A DNA stretch of 63,538 nucleotides, filler included, from Dicyema japonicum (taxonomy: Eukaryota > Animalia > Dicyemida), in assembly GCA_011109175.1 (NCBI GenBank). It is 5 parts of 5 records of this genome, joined end to end, with 100 filler letters (N's around TTAATTAATTAA, not from the genome) between each part and the next. Parts side by side here need not be neighbours in the genome. Positions count along the whole stretch, not along the records: positions 1 to 17,361 come from RDEW01000007.1; positions 17,462 to 28,260 come from RDEW01000238.1; 3 more parts are not named here. One strand, written 5' to 3'. The position numbers and the translations under genes are program-made. The notes beneath the pieces are model-generated. The model worked only from the letters and a program-made list of their open reading frames with translations, had not been told where the DNA came from and did no database searches. Positions 12,061 to 24,299 of the stretch are shown in pieces (within the stretch, counting starts at the first letter, position 1; each line of letters starts with the position of its first letter).

Positions 12061-12548
12061 ATGTGTAGTGATAAAGACAAGATAACAAAGCATAAACACG
12101 ATTTTGACTTTAATTATATGTCACCTGAGGAAGACGACTTTGTAAGCGATAGTGATTCTGACAATGAGTTCTCCCAGTATTACATAGAAGATTCAGAAAT
12201 GCAACGGATTCTACAAGATGACGAGCCGTTTATAATATGGAGTGATGATGGGGAATACTGGGAGTTAGTGATTCTGACAATGAGTTCTCCCAGTATTACA
12301 TAGAAGATTCAGAAATGCAACGGATTCTACAAGATGACGAGCCGTTTATAATATGGAGTGATGATGGGGAATACTGGGAGTTGGACGTGATGCTACATAT
12401 TAACAGCGCTGATGTTGAGGATATCAGATCAGAGAATTGCGGAGAGTATTGCATAGCTAATGAGTCATTCAATAGCATCGATATGGTCGAAGAGTATAAT
12501 AATTCGAATGATAATTCTAAGCCTGACAAAATTGATAATTTCGAATAA
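12061..12548 (+). CDS. Orphan acidic (D/E-rich) protein, interrupted by a 116-bp tandem doublet
   Basis: Collapsing the 12151-12266/12267-12382 doublet gives one open frame MCSDKDKITKHKHD...KIDNFE*. A paralogous start and upstream region lie at 11580-11760. Confidence 0.4.
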
Positions 12549-12699
12549 CTTTATTTACATTTTAATTAATTAACGTGTTTTTAAGATTTTAAGAATATTT
12601 ATTTATTCCTGTTAGTCACTGGTTCCTGCACTTGAAGCGACAAGAAGTAGGTAATCCCTTGATTACATAATCGATTTCATTAATGAAGTCTACATCATA

Positions 12700-13000
12700 T
12701 GTCTATAGCATCGGCTTGTATTTTTGTGTAAGATCTCAGAGAAGCTAAAATTGTAAATAAATGGGAGATGGTGAACCTCCATGATAGACACAGCACATAT
12801 GTTAGTTCTGTGCTGACCGTGGGGGAACCCATGCACCTAGTCTGAAATATTTTAGATCTTCTACTTCCTATTTTAGCAGTAAGGTATGTATATTGTAGTA
12901 AAAGGCTTATTACTGTCTGGGTTGTTAATTCCTTCAACGACTTTCTATAACTTCCTTTTATTATATCCAAGGCTCTCGAAAAATCTATAATCAAGACTGC
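12700..13000 (-). mobile_element. Decayed LINE RT fragment (I/Jockey-like)
   Basis: IIDFSRALD, a degenerate GVPQGS-like stretch and a QADA (YADD-like) motif. Confidence 0.45.
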
Positions 13001-13499
13001 AAGTTTTGTGTTTTAGGCAAAAAACACGAATAATCTGCAGTATACCTTCCATCCCTGAATCCACTTTAATTATGAGATAGATATGTATGATTCTACAGAT
13101 GTCACGACTGATTGTGTTTCGTATCGTAGTATAATTAACTATTGGGAGAAGGCTGTTTAGGGTTCGTTTGATTTGGCAAGTTTTTTGATTGAACTAGCAA
13201 CTCTCCCCAAGATGACCGAGATTGTTCGGTATTAAAAATTTTGTATTAAGGTTGTAAATTGAATTGGTTCGTATTTAATAGTTATTTTGGTATTTCGTTA
13301 GAGACAAGAGATTTTGAAATAATAAGCCTTGATATTGCAAATAATGTTTCCTCGATTGTTTTCGGATTTGCTAGGAAAGCTGGATTACCTTTATTTTGAA
13401 TCTGGGATTCAGTTATCTTTGTTGTGTTTGAAGTCGTACTGGTTATATTCAAATTATACAGCTACCGTCAAAATTTTCACTATTCGTCGATTTCCTTTT

Positions 13500-13650
13500 A
13501 CAACCACTCAAAATTTATCCATGCTGTTAGTTAGTTTAGTAACCCCAGCAGCCTCACTAACTTGTAGGAGGACAGCAGCGATTAAGTAGGAAGCAGCAGA
13601 TGTGGCTCGCTCCCATTGATCGGTTAGTTCCGGCATTGTGGAGAAACGTT
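13500..13650 (-). repeat. Unclassified dispersed repeat shared with 53770-53890
   Basis: CCTA(C/T)AAGTTAGTGAGGCT(GCT)GGGGTTACT(A/C)AACTAAC and upstream similarity. Confidence 0.7.
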
Positions 13651-13833
13651 ATGCCAATTCATGACATTCAAGTAAATGATTTGTTGTCAAAACGTCGGGG
13701 TTGCAAAGGTATCTTGTATTTTATTCTGTGATACATAGTGGTTACCATAGTACCCTCATTTGTCTTTGCATGGAGACCTTGTAGTCTATTTAGTTGTATC
13801 TCTTGTTAGGGTGCTATGCGGATTTTTATTCTC

Positions 13834-14055
13834 TTCGTACCTGTTCATGTGGAGATGTGTGTAGCTGAGTGTTTAAATATGTTACACATATAAAAATAGT
13901 TCACATAGCAAAATTTGACTTTGTATTAACCAAGAAAGCTCCTTTCGTACCTGTTCATGTGGAGATGTGTGTAGCTGAGTGTTTAAATATGTTACACATA
14001 TAAAAATAGTTCACATAGCAAAATTTGACTTTGTATTAACCAGAAAGGCTCCTTC
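13834..14055. repeat. Tandem doublet, 110-bp unit
   Basis: Two near-identical adjacent copies starting at 13834 and 13944. Confidence 0.9.
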
Positions 14056-14659
14056 ATTGTCTCATATGAATCAATACAAAGTTCTACTCATACGCTTTTC
14101 GCACTCTTGAGATCTAGTCCGCAGCAATAACTAGGAAACGAGACAAGGTGCTCAAAACTCGTCTAAATTCTCTATTTTTGCAATCTTTCACCAATGGGAG
14201 TATATATGGTGATAATTAATGTGTAGGAGTACTTTCAATCACGAGAGATTTTCAATATGTATTTCCGTCCTCTAGTACTCAAATTGTACCTACACATAGT
14301 GAACATTCTTTAGTATAGCAAAGCCATAGTACGAAAAGTCCGAAGGGGGAAACATAAACTTAGTCATCAATATCGATCACATATTGTTGTTTCATCATGT
14401 TTGCTGTAAAGAGCAGATGATACATTGTATTTCCTGAGGTCAATTGATATAAGAAATTTATATTAATCGTAAGTGCACTTTCATAGCCTATGAATACATA
14501 GAGTTCAGCACTCCCATGCTCTCAACTATCCGTTCTACCAGATTTCTCAATATAACTTTCTTCCTCTCAAGTGTCTGCAGTTCATCGGGGTCGTTCACGT
14601 GGTATAATAGACAGACTGAGTGAGATAAAAACATACACATTATTGGAGAAGTGTCAATC

Positions 14660-14833
14660 ACACAAACAACAAAAATTAGTTAGATTTATTAATGAAATTC
14701 AAATCTTGACTAATTTAAATTAAATTAATAATTATTTATTTTTAAAACACAAACAACAAAAATTAGTTAGATTTATTAATGAAATTCAAATCTTGACTAA
14801 TTTAAATTAAATTAATAATTATTTATTTTTAAA
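14660..14833. repeat. Tandem doublet, 87-bp unit
   Basis: Copies start at 14660 and 14747. Confidence 0.9.
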
Positions 14834-15249
14834 AATTGTTATACAATATGGCGAACCTATTATACTTTTGATATATTATCTGGCATGACGTTGTCACGTT
14901 CTTGTGGCCTGTTGTTTGTCCTGATATATTTTGTATTTATTATGTTGTATTGCCATACATTTTCTTCAATTTTACAATATTGATTCATCAAATAGTGTTG
15001 AAGGCTGTTGTCAAAATGTCTAATATATATTTTATATTTTGTTAACCTATGAATATGGATTATTTTTCACTATTTGATTTGCCCTATTTATGTTCTCTTG
15101 GCTATATCTCTCTTCCGGACTATATTTATTCCTAATTGCTATGTCGTTTTCATCATGTCAAGATTATCTTCAGGAATCGTTAACTGCTCTCATAATGTAT
15201 CCTTTCATTTTCCTATAGTGTCCTCCGCAATCTTCAGGGGTAATCAATT

Positions 15250-15498
15250 CAAAAGAAGATGAGATAATATTTCTTAGCCGTAAATCCTGAACAGCAGCCT
15301 GTCTCTTCACAGAATTCTTCCATTTTGAGAACACAAACACAATTGGATAAAGGAATGGTGACTACGGAGGAATATATAGTATCTTGAGGTTGTGGAATTG
15401 GATTACTTCGTTGAGTCCATTGTACTGGTGAATCCTAGCATTTAAGTACAAAATTCAAGACAACTACAACATTAAATAAGAGAAAAAATATCATCATG
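15250..15498 (-). CDS. Possible small secreted Cys-rich protein (5' exons)
   Basis: MMIFFLLFNVVV, then a candidate 27-nt GT..AG intron, then DSPVQW...LSNCVCVLKMEEFCEETGCCSG. No homology recognised. Confidence 0.3.
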
Positions 15499-16059
15499 CT
15501 TTTATTTTTCTTCAACGATTATTCGAAAATTGAGTTTATAAATAATTATTATTCTTTTGACAATTAGAAATGAAACTGTGAGTGATCATTAAACATTCAT
15601 TGTCAAAGTTGTGTAAATAACTGAATCGTTAAAATTCGTGAACTGATCAAATAATTATCAAATTTTCTGTACATTTGAATATCTGTAACATTAAAAATAC
15701 CACTAATTAAGATGGAATACCCCATATAATCACTAATGCTCCATGTTGATACCGATTCATTTAATAATTTGGTTATATATGGGAATTCACACGGCCGATC
15801 GAAATAATAGAATAATCCACAATTCCTATAAAATTGCAACATTTAACCTCGTTGTTCATTAGATTTATCACCACAATTAAAAAATATTTAATGAGATATG
15901 AATTCTGAACTTATCCATTGGTGAAGATTACATCATTTACACTATAATTGGTTTTTAATTTTTGGTCAAAAAATTCCTGGTTTTTAGTTTTTTATTTTGC
16001 GATCATAATTTCAAAGAAAAAGAATAAATGGTAATGTAGCAGATGCCAAGATTGCGTGA

Positions 16060-16870
16060 CTATTCTTTCTCAGGATGGCGAACGAGATTCGCTCAAATAA
16101 CTAGCAGCCCTCACGAAGGTTTCCTGATCATGTAGCTATCTGATTCCTAGGACGACTCAAAAATTTTAGCTCTATGAATGAGGGGGGGGGGAATCAGACG
16201 TCTCTATAAAGAATGAGAGAAACAAATAATCCTTGGGTAAGACGCGTACTTTTCCTGTTTCAACTTCTCGGCCTACTCAGCGGCAGAAGAGGCTCCAGTA
16301 GGTTGCAAATGGAAAACGTGTCGGTGCAGGTGACGTCCAAGACAAGAGGTTTAACGGCTTCAAAATATAAGATAGCAGCCATCCCATCTGGTCGTTTCCC
16401 TTCCCGCTTGCAAAGACCGAATAGTTTGAGAATTGATTGGCGTCCAAAGCTCTCCTAACGACTTCGTTCAAAGCCATCTGTATGGAAAATCTGCCTGCAC
16501 TCTTCCTGCAAGATAGAGGCTGTAATCCAAAACAGTCGATCTGGTCTCCGCATCGGCACGAATATGGAACACGGACTTTTAATCTCAGTCGTAATGAGAT
16601 CCCAATACGGACGCATTCATTATCCAGGAAAGTACTCAAAACTCCTTTGGGAACTGCGTTGAGCCAGGCACCGCTCTCGGAAGACCAAAGGCAACCACGT
16701 CTGTTTTGGGTAGATGATAGTTGCAAATCTCCGAAAGAATTCCAGCATAAAGCATCGTCCAGTCTCGCTAAGAAAACGAGGAAGGCAGGGAGAGCTGATA
16801 AGCACGGCTTAGGCCTCACGAGGATGGCCTGCGTCCTTGTCAATAGAAAATTCAGGTTGAGAGTGTAAAA
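16060..16870 (-). mobile_element. CRE-like 3' part, degenerate
   Basis: LSALPAFL, GAWLNAVP, LRLRL, CRCG, PLSCRKSAGRF, LNEVVRRAL; terminal ERISFAILRKN near 16070. Confidence 0.88.
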
Positions 16871-17405
16871 TCATTTTGACATGGGAATTACAGGCCATTA
16901 GCGACGATAGATATGCAAAGATAATAAGGTCTACTAAGTTTCGAATTCCAACCCCGCCGAGTCTCATTTTTCGAAATTAATAAAATTAATTATTATTTAT
17001 TTGTATTTAAATATAAATAATTTTAATTAATAATTAGGACAATTTTTGTGAGAATGCTCTTATTCCTAGGTTTATAAAATAAATTAATAATAGTAATATA
17101 TGCGTGTTTAGTAAGCAATAGAAATGTGTTGCGGAATATTGATACTTTTGAAAATTTGTCTGATATTGTCCCTGTGTGGGGTGGAATGGAGAATAACCGA
17201 GTTGTATAGTTATTTAGTGGGATAATTGAAGTTGAATATAAAATTAATAATACTGTAATCACATTATATTCAAAAAAGATGAAATATGAAAATTTAATTG
17301 ACGCAATTTTTTACTTTAGTTTACCTCTACATTTACCTGGTGAACTTAAATGGAAGAAAAANNNNNNNNNNNNNNNNNNNNNNNNNNNNNNNNNNNNNNN
17401 NNNNN

Positions 17406-17417
17406 TTAATTAATTAA
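17406..17417. other. Artificial TTAATTAATTAA linker inside an N gap (also 28305-28316, 56998-57009, 61183-61194)
   Basis: Identical 12-mer centred in four N gaps; it encodes stops in all six frames. Confidence 0.95.
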
Positions 17418-17460
17418 NNNNNNNNNNNNNNNNNNNNNNNNNNNNNNNNNNNNNNNNNNN

Positions 17461-17555
17461 NTTCTCCAGTCGATCTCTGTTGCGATCGTGAGAAGCACCG
17501 CAATGTCGATAATGTCGGCGAGTTCACTTTGGATGAATGGCAATCTTAAATAAAA
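17461..17555 (+). mobile_element. CRE-like extreme 3' end, next to a gap
   Basis: LQSISVAIVRSTAMSIMSA resembles QRISxAIQRGNAxxI. Confidence 0.65.
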
Positions 17556-18257
17556 GAATAAATTTATGTTGGTTAACTAAAGTTGGATTGTAATTTATTG
17601 CAATTGGTTGCCGTATTTATTTTATAAAACTAGTCCAGTAATCGTTTTTCAGTCATTGTTCCATATCCAGTGGCAGAATAATTGTTTGATAAAGAAAGTG
17701 GGTTCCGTCTGTTTGCTACTGTTGCTGGCAGTGTTCGGCACAATATATAATATTTTCGAAAATTTTGATTAATCTACGTTTTAAGACTGACAATTATTCT
17801 AATTTTAGTAATTTTACATCGATTTCTGTAAGTGAATTATGTTTGTTTTAATTGACTTGAATTTGGCATAGTAGTTATGACAGTGATTGTATTCCACGTT
17901 TATATGTTGCCACGTGGATAATTTGTTGAAGTTTTCTGTTTTTTTGTCTTTCCTCCTCTTTCTCTTACTATTAGTTGACGTCATGTGATCTTCCTGTCGA
18001 AGTCCTCCTATTGTCAACTGGCACAAAAAGGATCATTTGCTCTCTTCAATTCCACTGGAAGTGTATCCAAACTACAAGTAATGACTTCTTTACCCTTTAT
18101 GCTGATTCCGGATGGACTATGTTTTTGTAGAAATGGAAATTGGAATTAGTTGTTTAATTTTACTTTCTTCTCGGTGTATCCGGGGTTAATAAATTAATGA
18201 ATAAATGACGTGATTTCATTATTGCCTACAGACATTGATCAACCAATAGGGCTACCT

Positions 18258-19940
18258 CTTATGATCGTAAGCCTAATTTTGAGGAAGAGCTATCGCGTCA
18301 TTCAAGACTAACTCATTCTGCTGCCCCCAGTCATCCGATTAACCTCACGAACTCAGACGTGCTAGGGCCAATCAAGCCAGACATCTCAACAAAATCGGTT
18401 GGAAATCGTACTGATCATGCTTATTAATCAAAGACATTGAAAATGTTTCTGACTTTTATTCTTTTCTTATCGGTTGTTATGAGTCCCAAAGAGAATCCAG
18501 TTCAGCAATGATAAACCACTAATGTCGGCGTCACTTGTCAATTCTTGAATAATTCCGTTATTTTCTATGCATTTTCATATGCATTAAGAAAAAGGGAACT
18601 AAAGGTTTACTTATCGGTTTATCTACGTGCAATCGCTCTCGAGACAACTGGAGTCTTAAATAGAAAGTTAGTTTTTCCTTTAAAAAAGCCTAAGACGTCT
18701 GTCTATAATCAAAAAATACGTTCACAAACCTAGTTCTCACCAGTTGATCTCGATAATTATCATGAAGGATACCATCGAATCGATTAAGTCGACAGGCATA
18801 CATAATAAACACGATTTCTAATCTTCTTCAAAAAAAGCATATCCAAGATCCTTAATTTTTGCCAGATGGAGTTCGAATCTAGACATTGGTACATCAGACT
18901 TTCTTACATACAACAGTTCACTTTTTTGCTTATTAACTATATTAACTATTAAATGGGACTTTTAGACACATTTTCCAAGTCAACACATTTAAACTCTCAA
19001 TTGAAAGCTGTGGACGGTGCTCAAACATTCGAGAATTCCAAAAAAACAAAATATGAAAATTTTTNTCTTATGATCGTGAGCCTAAATATGAGGAATAGCC
19101 ATCGCGTCATTCAAGACTAACTCATTCTGCTGCCCCCAGTCATCCGATTAACCTTACAAACTCAGACGTGTTCGGGCCAATCAAGCCAGACATCTCAACA
19201 AAATCGGTTGGAAATCGTACTGATCATGCTTATTAATCAAAGACATTGAAAATGTTTCTGACTTTTATTCTTTTCTTATCGGTTGTTATGAGTCCCAAAG
19301 AAAATCCAGTTCAGCAATGATAAACCACTAATGTCGGCGTCACTTGTCAATTCTTGAATACTTCCGTTATTTTCTATGCATTTTCATATGCATTAAGAAC
19401 AGGGGAACTAAAGGTTTACTTATCGGTTTATTTACGTGCAATCGCTCTCGAGACAACTGGAGTCTTAAATAGAAAGTTAGTTTTTCCTTTAAAAAAAGCC
19501 TAAGACGTCTGTCTATAATCAAAAAATACGTTCACAAACCTAGTTCTCACCAGTTGATCTCGATAATTAACTTGAAGGATACCATCGAATCGATTAAGTC
19601 GACAAGCATACATAATAAACACGATTTCTNTGATCTCGATAATTATCATGAAGGATACCATCGAATCGATTAAGTCGACAGGCATACATAATAAACACGA
19701 TTTCTGATCTTCTTCAAAAAAAGCATATCCAAGATCCTTAATTTTTGCCAGATGGAGTTCGAATCTAGACATTGGTACATCAGACTTTCTTACATACAAC
19801 ATTTCACTTTTTTGCTTATTAACTATATTAACTATTAAATGGGACTTTTAGACACATTTTCCAAGTCAACACATTTAAACTCTCAATTGAAAGCTGTGGA
19901 CGGTGCTCAAACATTCGAGAATTCCAAAAAAACAAAATAT
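18258..19940. repeat. About 0.8-kb near-identical duplication joined at a single N (19065); contains a CRE-like RLE remnant on the minus strand
   Basis: 18258-19064 matches 19066-19940, with a smaller internal repeat at N19630. The minus strand reads YDFQPIFVEMSGLIGPSTSEF at about 18340-18420. Confidence 0.85.
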
Positions 19941-20882
19941 GAAAATTTTTTCTAGATCTATGTACAGCCCTTTGTTGTAGAGAATAGATAAGTCCTCGGG
20001 CCCAAGACCGACTTTTTTCTAAGATCATTGGATCTATGGTATCGAAAACGAGTAATTAGCGTCGGAATTTTAATCATATTTCTTGTTCGATGATTATACT
20101 TTTAAGAATTTTTTAAGCACAGATGAATGAGTTTTCGCCTCACTGTCTCTTCTACTGATAACTTATCAATATAATTCTTGAAACATTATGTAACAATTCC
20201 TTCAGTGTCATACAATGGGGATAATTTTTACATAGTCGTCATTAAAAAACGATAGGTCTCTTGCAAGGAGATCGTATATTTGAAAATTTTCCACCTCAAC
20301 TTGTTTGAGCGATCTTGGGAAATCCCGCAAAAACTCCTCCCATGCTGTTCGGGTCTATGAGAATGATGGAATAAGTCAATAAGCCATCTTTATTCTCAGC
20401 TGTCCCTTTTTATTTGTGTTCTCGGCGAATTTAAAATTATTACATGCTTTAAGATTAACTATCAAATGGTTTTTTTTTATTTATTTGAGAATTTCAGGTG
20501 TTAGCTTTAAATTGAAGAAGAAAAAGCATCACATGCCAAGTCCCAAGCTAGATATTTCCATATTAAAAGGAAGATTCATCCTCCAAGATCTTTCGTTCTT
20601 GCAGACATCACCATATTTTTTATTTACAAAAAATAACAAATATTTCCGAGTCCTTCTGCAACAAGATTTTTAACGTCCGATTTGCTACGCTCCTTCAATA
20701 GCCTTAAGATAGTAGAAGGCATAATGTCGTATTACGTCAATCGTCTCCCATCAAAAGTTGTTCTGGATAAATGAAGCTCGAAACAAAAGTAAACTTTGAT
20801 TAGTGTTGATTAAACCCAAAAACCAAAAACAGAAGACCCAAAAAACAAATTAAACCCAAAAAACACAAGATCGTAATTATAT

Positions 20883-21829
20883 TTATATTAAGGGGATTGA
20901 GTAGAAATCTTGTTTTTTGGCATCATTTTTAACTTTGACATAAATTATCACTGAAATTGCTACAACTCCAAAAATAACAAGACCATAAATTAATGGTTTA
21001 TAATCATTGCTAGTAGATCCAGTTTTTTTATTATTTACTTTTGGAATTATAGTTGGGATTGCAATATTTTTTTTGGGAATCTTATTTCTTTTATTTTGAG
21101 AATGGAGTGAATGTATAATATTGTTAGTTCTGTGATGATTCTTCATTACAAGATCAGTCTTTTTTGAGTGTCCAATATATATAGACATAGTTTGTAGACC
21201 ACTCTCACAATTGCAATCAGTAGCTATTATTATTAATACGAATTAAACCATTTCCAGTAAAATTCTTGATTGTGTCATTTTTTAAAAATTGAAGTCTCAA
21301 ATTCAATATTTTTAATGAGTTTTTGTCTTCGGAAATTATCAACTCATTACATTTACAATAATCTCCAATTTTATGAGATATTTTAATCGACTTTCGTAGG
21401 ACTATGGTAAAATCTAAATTAAACCCAATTATTTACTCCCGGCAAATATTGAGCATTTAAACTGATATATCTTAACTTCATCTCGAGTGTGTTTATAATG
21501 AAAGCTTATATTGACATCTTTTTTAGACAAAAATGATGCAAAGTGTCCTCGATTTTCAGTAACATACAAAATTGCTTCATCAATTAAGAAATGTATAATC
21601 TAAAATTAATCCTTTCTCTACTTTTCTATTATATGAATAATTTAAAGTGATTAATCCACTGATTATAGAGGTAACATAACCATTGTTTAACTCGACCCAC
21701 ATAGGAACACCATTGTCATCCAATTGTACTGTTTTCTTAATAATTTCTTTACTTTGGGTGTTAATGATCATTAAGTAAATGAAGATAGCTAGGATATGCA
21801 ATAATTTGGGAACCAGTTAAATGATCCAT
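20883..21829 (-). CDS. LAMP-like type I membrane glycoprotein 1 (signal peptide, one LAMP-like domain, stalk, TM, short tail); 4 exons
   Basis: Introns 21600-21621, 21414-21436 and 21224-21248 splice to an open frame: ...KIGDYCKC...LRLQFLKND..NFTGN|ATDCNC...LIYGLVIFGVVAISVIIYV..FYSIPLI*. The ATG at 21829 needs one base removed from GGG at 21808-21810. Confidence 0.6.
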
Positions 21830-22296
21830 TTACTGTTTAGGAATTTAATTAATTCTTTTAAATTTTATTTCTTTTATTTATATTAAAGTTTGAATTTTTT
21901 TAATCTATAATAGTTAAATGTCTTAATAAAAATTTTTATTACCTTAATTTTCAATTCCTGAAAATTTTTATTTTTGAAATTATTCCATTATCTAATTCAA
22001 TCATTTTAACTTTGAAGGTGATTGGTTTATTAATTAATCGCTCTGAAACTCATGGACCTCATAATAATTAGTCAACAGTTTTACTGGTTAAATACATCTC
22101 CCTGCGGCTAATAAGTAGTAGTGTAATCTTAGCTTAGGCAGAACTCGCACTTTATTAAAGATTTGAGAACAGTTATGCTTATTAATCCAGTACAATATCC
22201 AAGACATTGACAATATTTTTAAATCTCGTTCTTTTTTGCTTGTGTATGAGTCCTATTTTAACGATTTTACGAATTAGTTTAAATTCTTTAATTGAA

Positions 22297-22614
22297 ATAT
22301 TATTACATTTTGATTTGCAATCAATATCGATTTGTTACCTAAAATAAAATTAACGAATCTAATTAAAATATATTAAAATCATTTCCTTGTTAAGCGATTG
22401 ATTTCCATATCACAGTCTTATCATTTTTATATACTAACCAGTGTAGTCGAGAGATATTATTACATTTTGATTTGCAATCAATATCGATTTGTTACCTAAA
22501 ATAAAATTAACGAATCTAATTAAAATATATTAAAATCATTTCCTTGTTAAGCGATTGATTCCCATATCACAGTCTTATCATTTTTATATACTAACCAGTG
22601 TAGTCGAGAGATAT
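22297..22614. repeat. Tandem doublet, 157-bp unit
   Basis: Copies start at 22297 and 22454. Confidence 0.9.
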
Positions 22615-22649
22615 GAACACGATTTTCTATATAGGCGTGTTCACTGCCC

Positions 22650-23637
22650 TGTCGATGTTCTTCAAGAGGTTTATGTTTTCAAATCATGGGGGTCTATATC
22701 GAGATTAAAACGCGGTGAATGACGTAAAAGTTCGTAGAATCAAAGTTTAAAAAGACGTGGAAAGCTTTCAAAATGAGTTAGTAGAAAATACTTTTGGAAA
22801 AGGCCATTCTATCCAAAAAAAGGAAATTCGTACCAGTGGCAATTATTCTCAACAATGTCCCAATTTGGATCGAATTAGAGGAACACGAAATCTTCCTAAT
22901 GGAGAAACTAAATGGAAAAATGACTCTCGAACGGTTTGAGAAAAGTGGGTTTAGATTGCCTATTATTACATTGGTAATGTCTTTCCATGAAGAAGCTTAA
23001 TCGCTTGCACGATTTGGGCTAATGGTCGGATTTTTAAATGTAAAGGCCGAGTGGTACAGAAAACCGGAAGTTCAGTGGTATCGATGCCAATGCTTCGGAC
23101 ACATTGCATTTTTTTGTAAAAAGCAGAAGAAATGTCTATTTTGTTAGTCACACATGTTAGCATAGATTGCAAGGCTATAACATGAAGAAATTTGTTAAAT
23201 GTGGCTCTATGAGCTACTTGGCAAATTAATAGGGGTAGTCAAGTATCAAAGGATGACTCAAAACTGAAAAAATGAGAAATTATTGACGAAAAAACCGTTG
23301 AAAGCAGTTTCAGAGAATGGGAGGATAAGTTGAATTGAAATAAAAAATTCGTCTTTAAAACCACGGATTTGCTGCAAAGTTCTAAAAGTTAGGATGACAG
23401 TCGAAATTGAAATACAGACGGAGGAACCGAAAATGTCTCATTTAGCGACGCAGACGTTGTCAATTTTAAAAACCGAATTAACGCCAGATCGACCTCGAAT
23501 TGATTTAATTAATGAGGTTAAAAAGACCCTTAAAGACGTGATCAAAACGAAAAAGGACGCCAAGAATTTATTTGAAATTCATAATAAATTTGGTCAATTT
23601 CGTCATCCTTGCAATAATGTTGGGGATTACGGTTGCT
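22650..23637 (+). mobile_element. Gag-like ORF1 remnant of a Jockey/I-type LINE
   Basis: Q(C>W)YRCQCFGHIAFFCKKQKKCLFC*SH at 23070-23160 is a CCHC knuckle series. Disrupted, and runs into the N gap. Confidence 0.6.
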
Positions 23638-24299
23638 NNNNNNNNNNNNNNNNNNNNNNNNNNNNNNNNNNNNNNNNNNNNNNNNNNNNNNNNNNNNNNN
23701 NNNNNNNNNNNNNNNNNNNNNNNNNNNNNNNNNNNNNNNNNNNNNNNNNNNNNNNNNNNNNNNNNNNNNNNNNNNNNNNNNNNNNNNNNNNNNNNNNNNN
23801 NNNNNNNNNNNNNNNNNNNNNNNNNNNNNNNNNNNNNNNNNNNNNNNNNNNNNNNNNNNNNNNNNNNNNNNNNNNNNNNNNNNNNNNNNNNNNNNNNNNN
23901 NNNNNNNNNNNNNNNNNNNNNNNNNNNNNNNNNNNNNNNNNNNNNNNNNNNNNNNNNNNNNNNNNNNNNNNNNNNNNNNNNNNNNNNNNNNNNNNNNNNN
24001 NNNNNNNNNNAAATAATTAATATTTTATCGAATAATCGCGTGGAGGTAGTTTTAAATAGTTTAATTTGATAGATAAAAAATTCGAAAGGAGAAATATCGA
24101 CTGTATTAATGAGTAGACTAAAAAAAGTTACTTAAATTTAATTTTTTGTGGTTAATAAATCATTTATAAAATTAATTGAAGTTAATCTTGGTTCAAGGTT
24201 AATGTAACAGGCTGCCCATAGGTAACGCTTGGCCCATGTGACATATTATGTTGGGGAGGTTTTCATTTAAAAGGTTTCCATTTTAATAAATAGATTAAA

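Noticed and set aside
12790-12830. MGSP as a Penelope-like RT motif
   Set aside because: The upstream DFSRALD is LINE-type, and MGSP is better explained as a frameshifted GVPQGS.
12151-14833. Tandem repeats as a CRISPR array
   Set aside because: Two-copy units of 87-116 bp with no spacers, in a eukaryotic context with no cas genes.
17406-17417. TTAATTAATTAA as a conserved biological motif
   Set aside because: It occurs only centred in N gaps and is a six-frame-stop scaffolding linker.
23394-24069. Three long ORFs in the ORF track
   Set aside because: They are open only because they run through an N gap.
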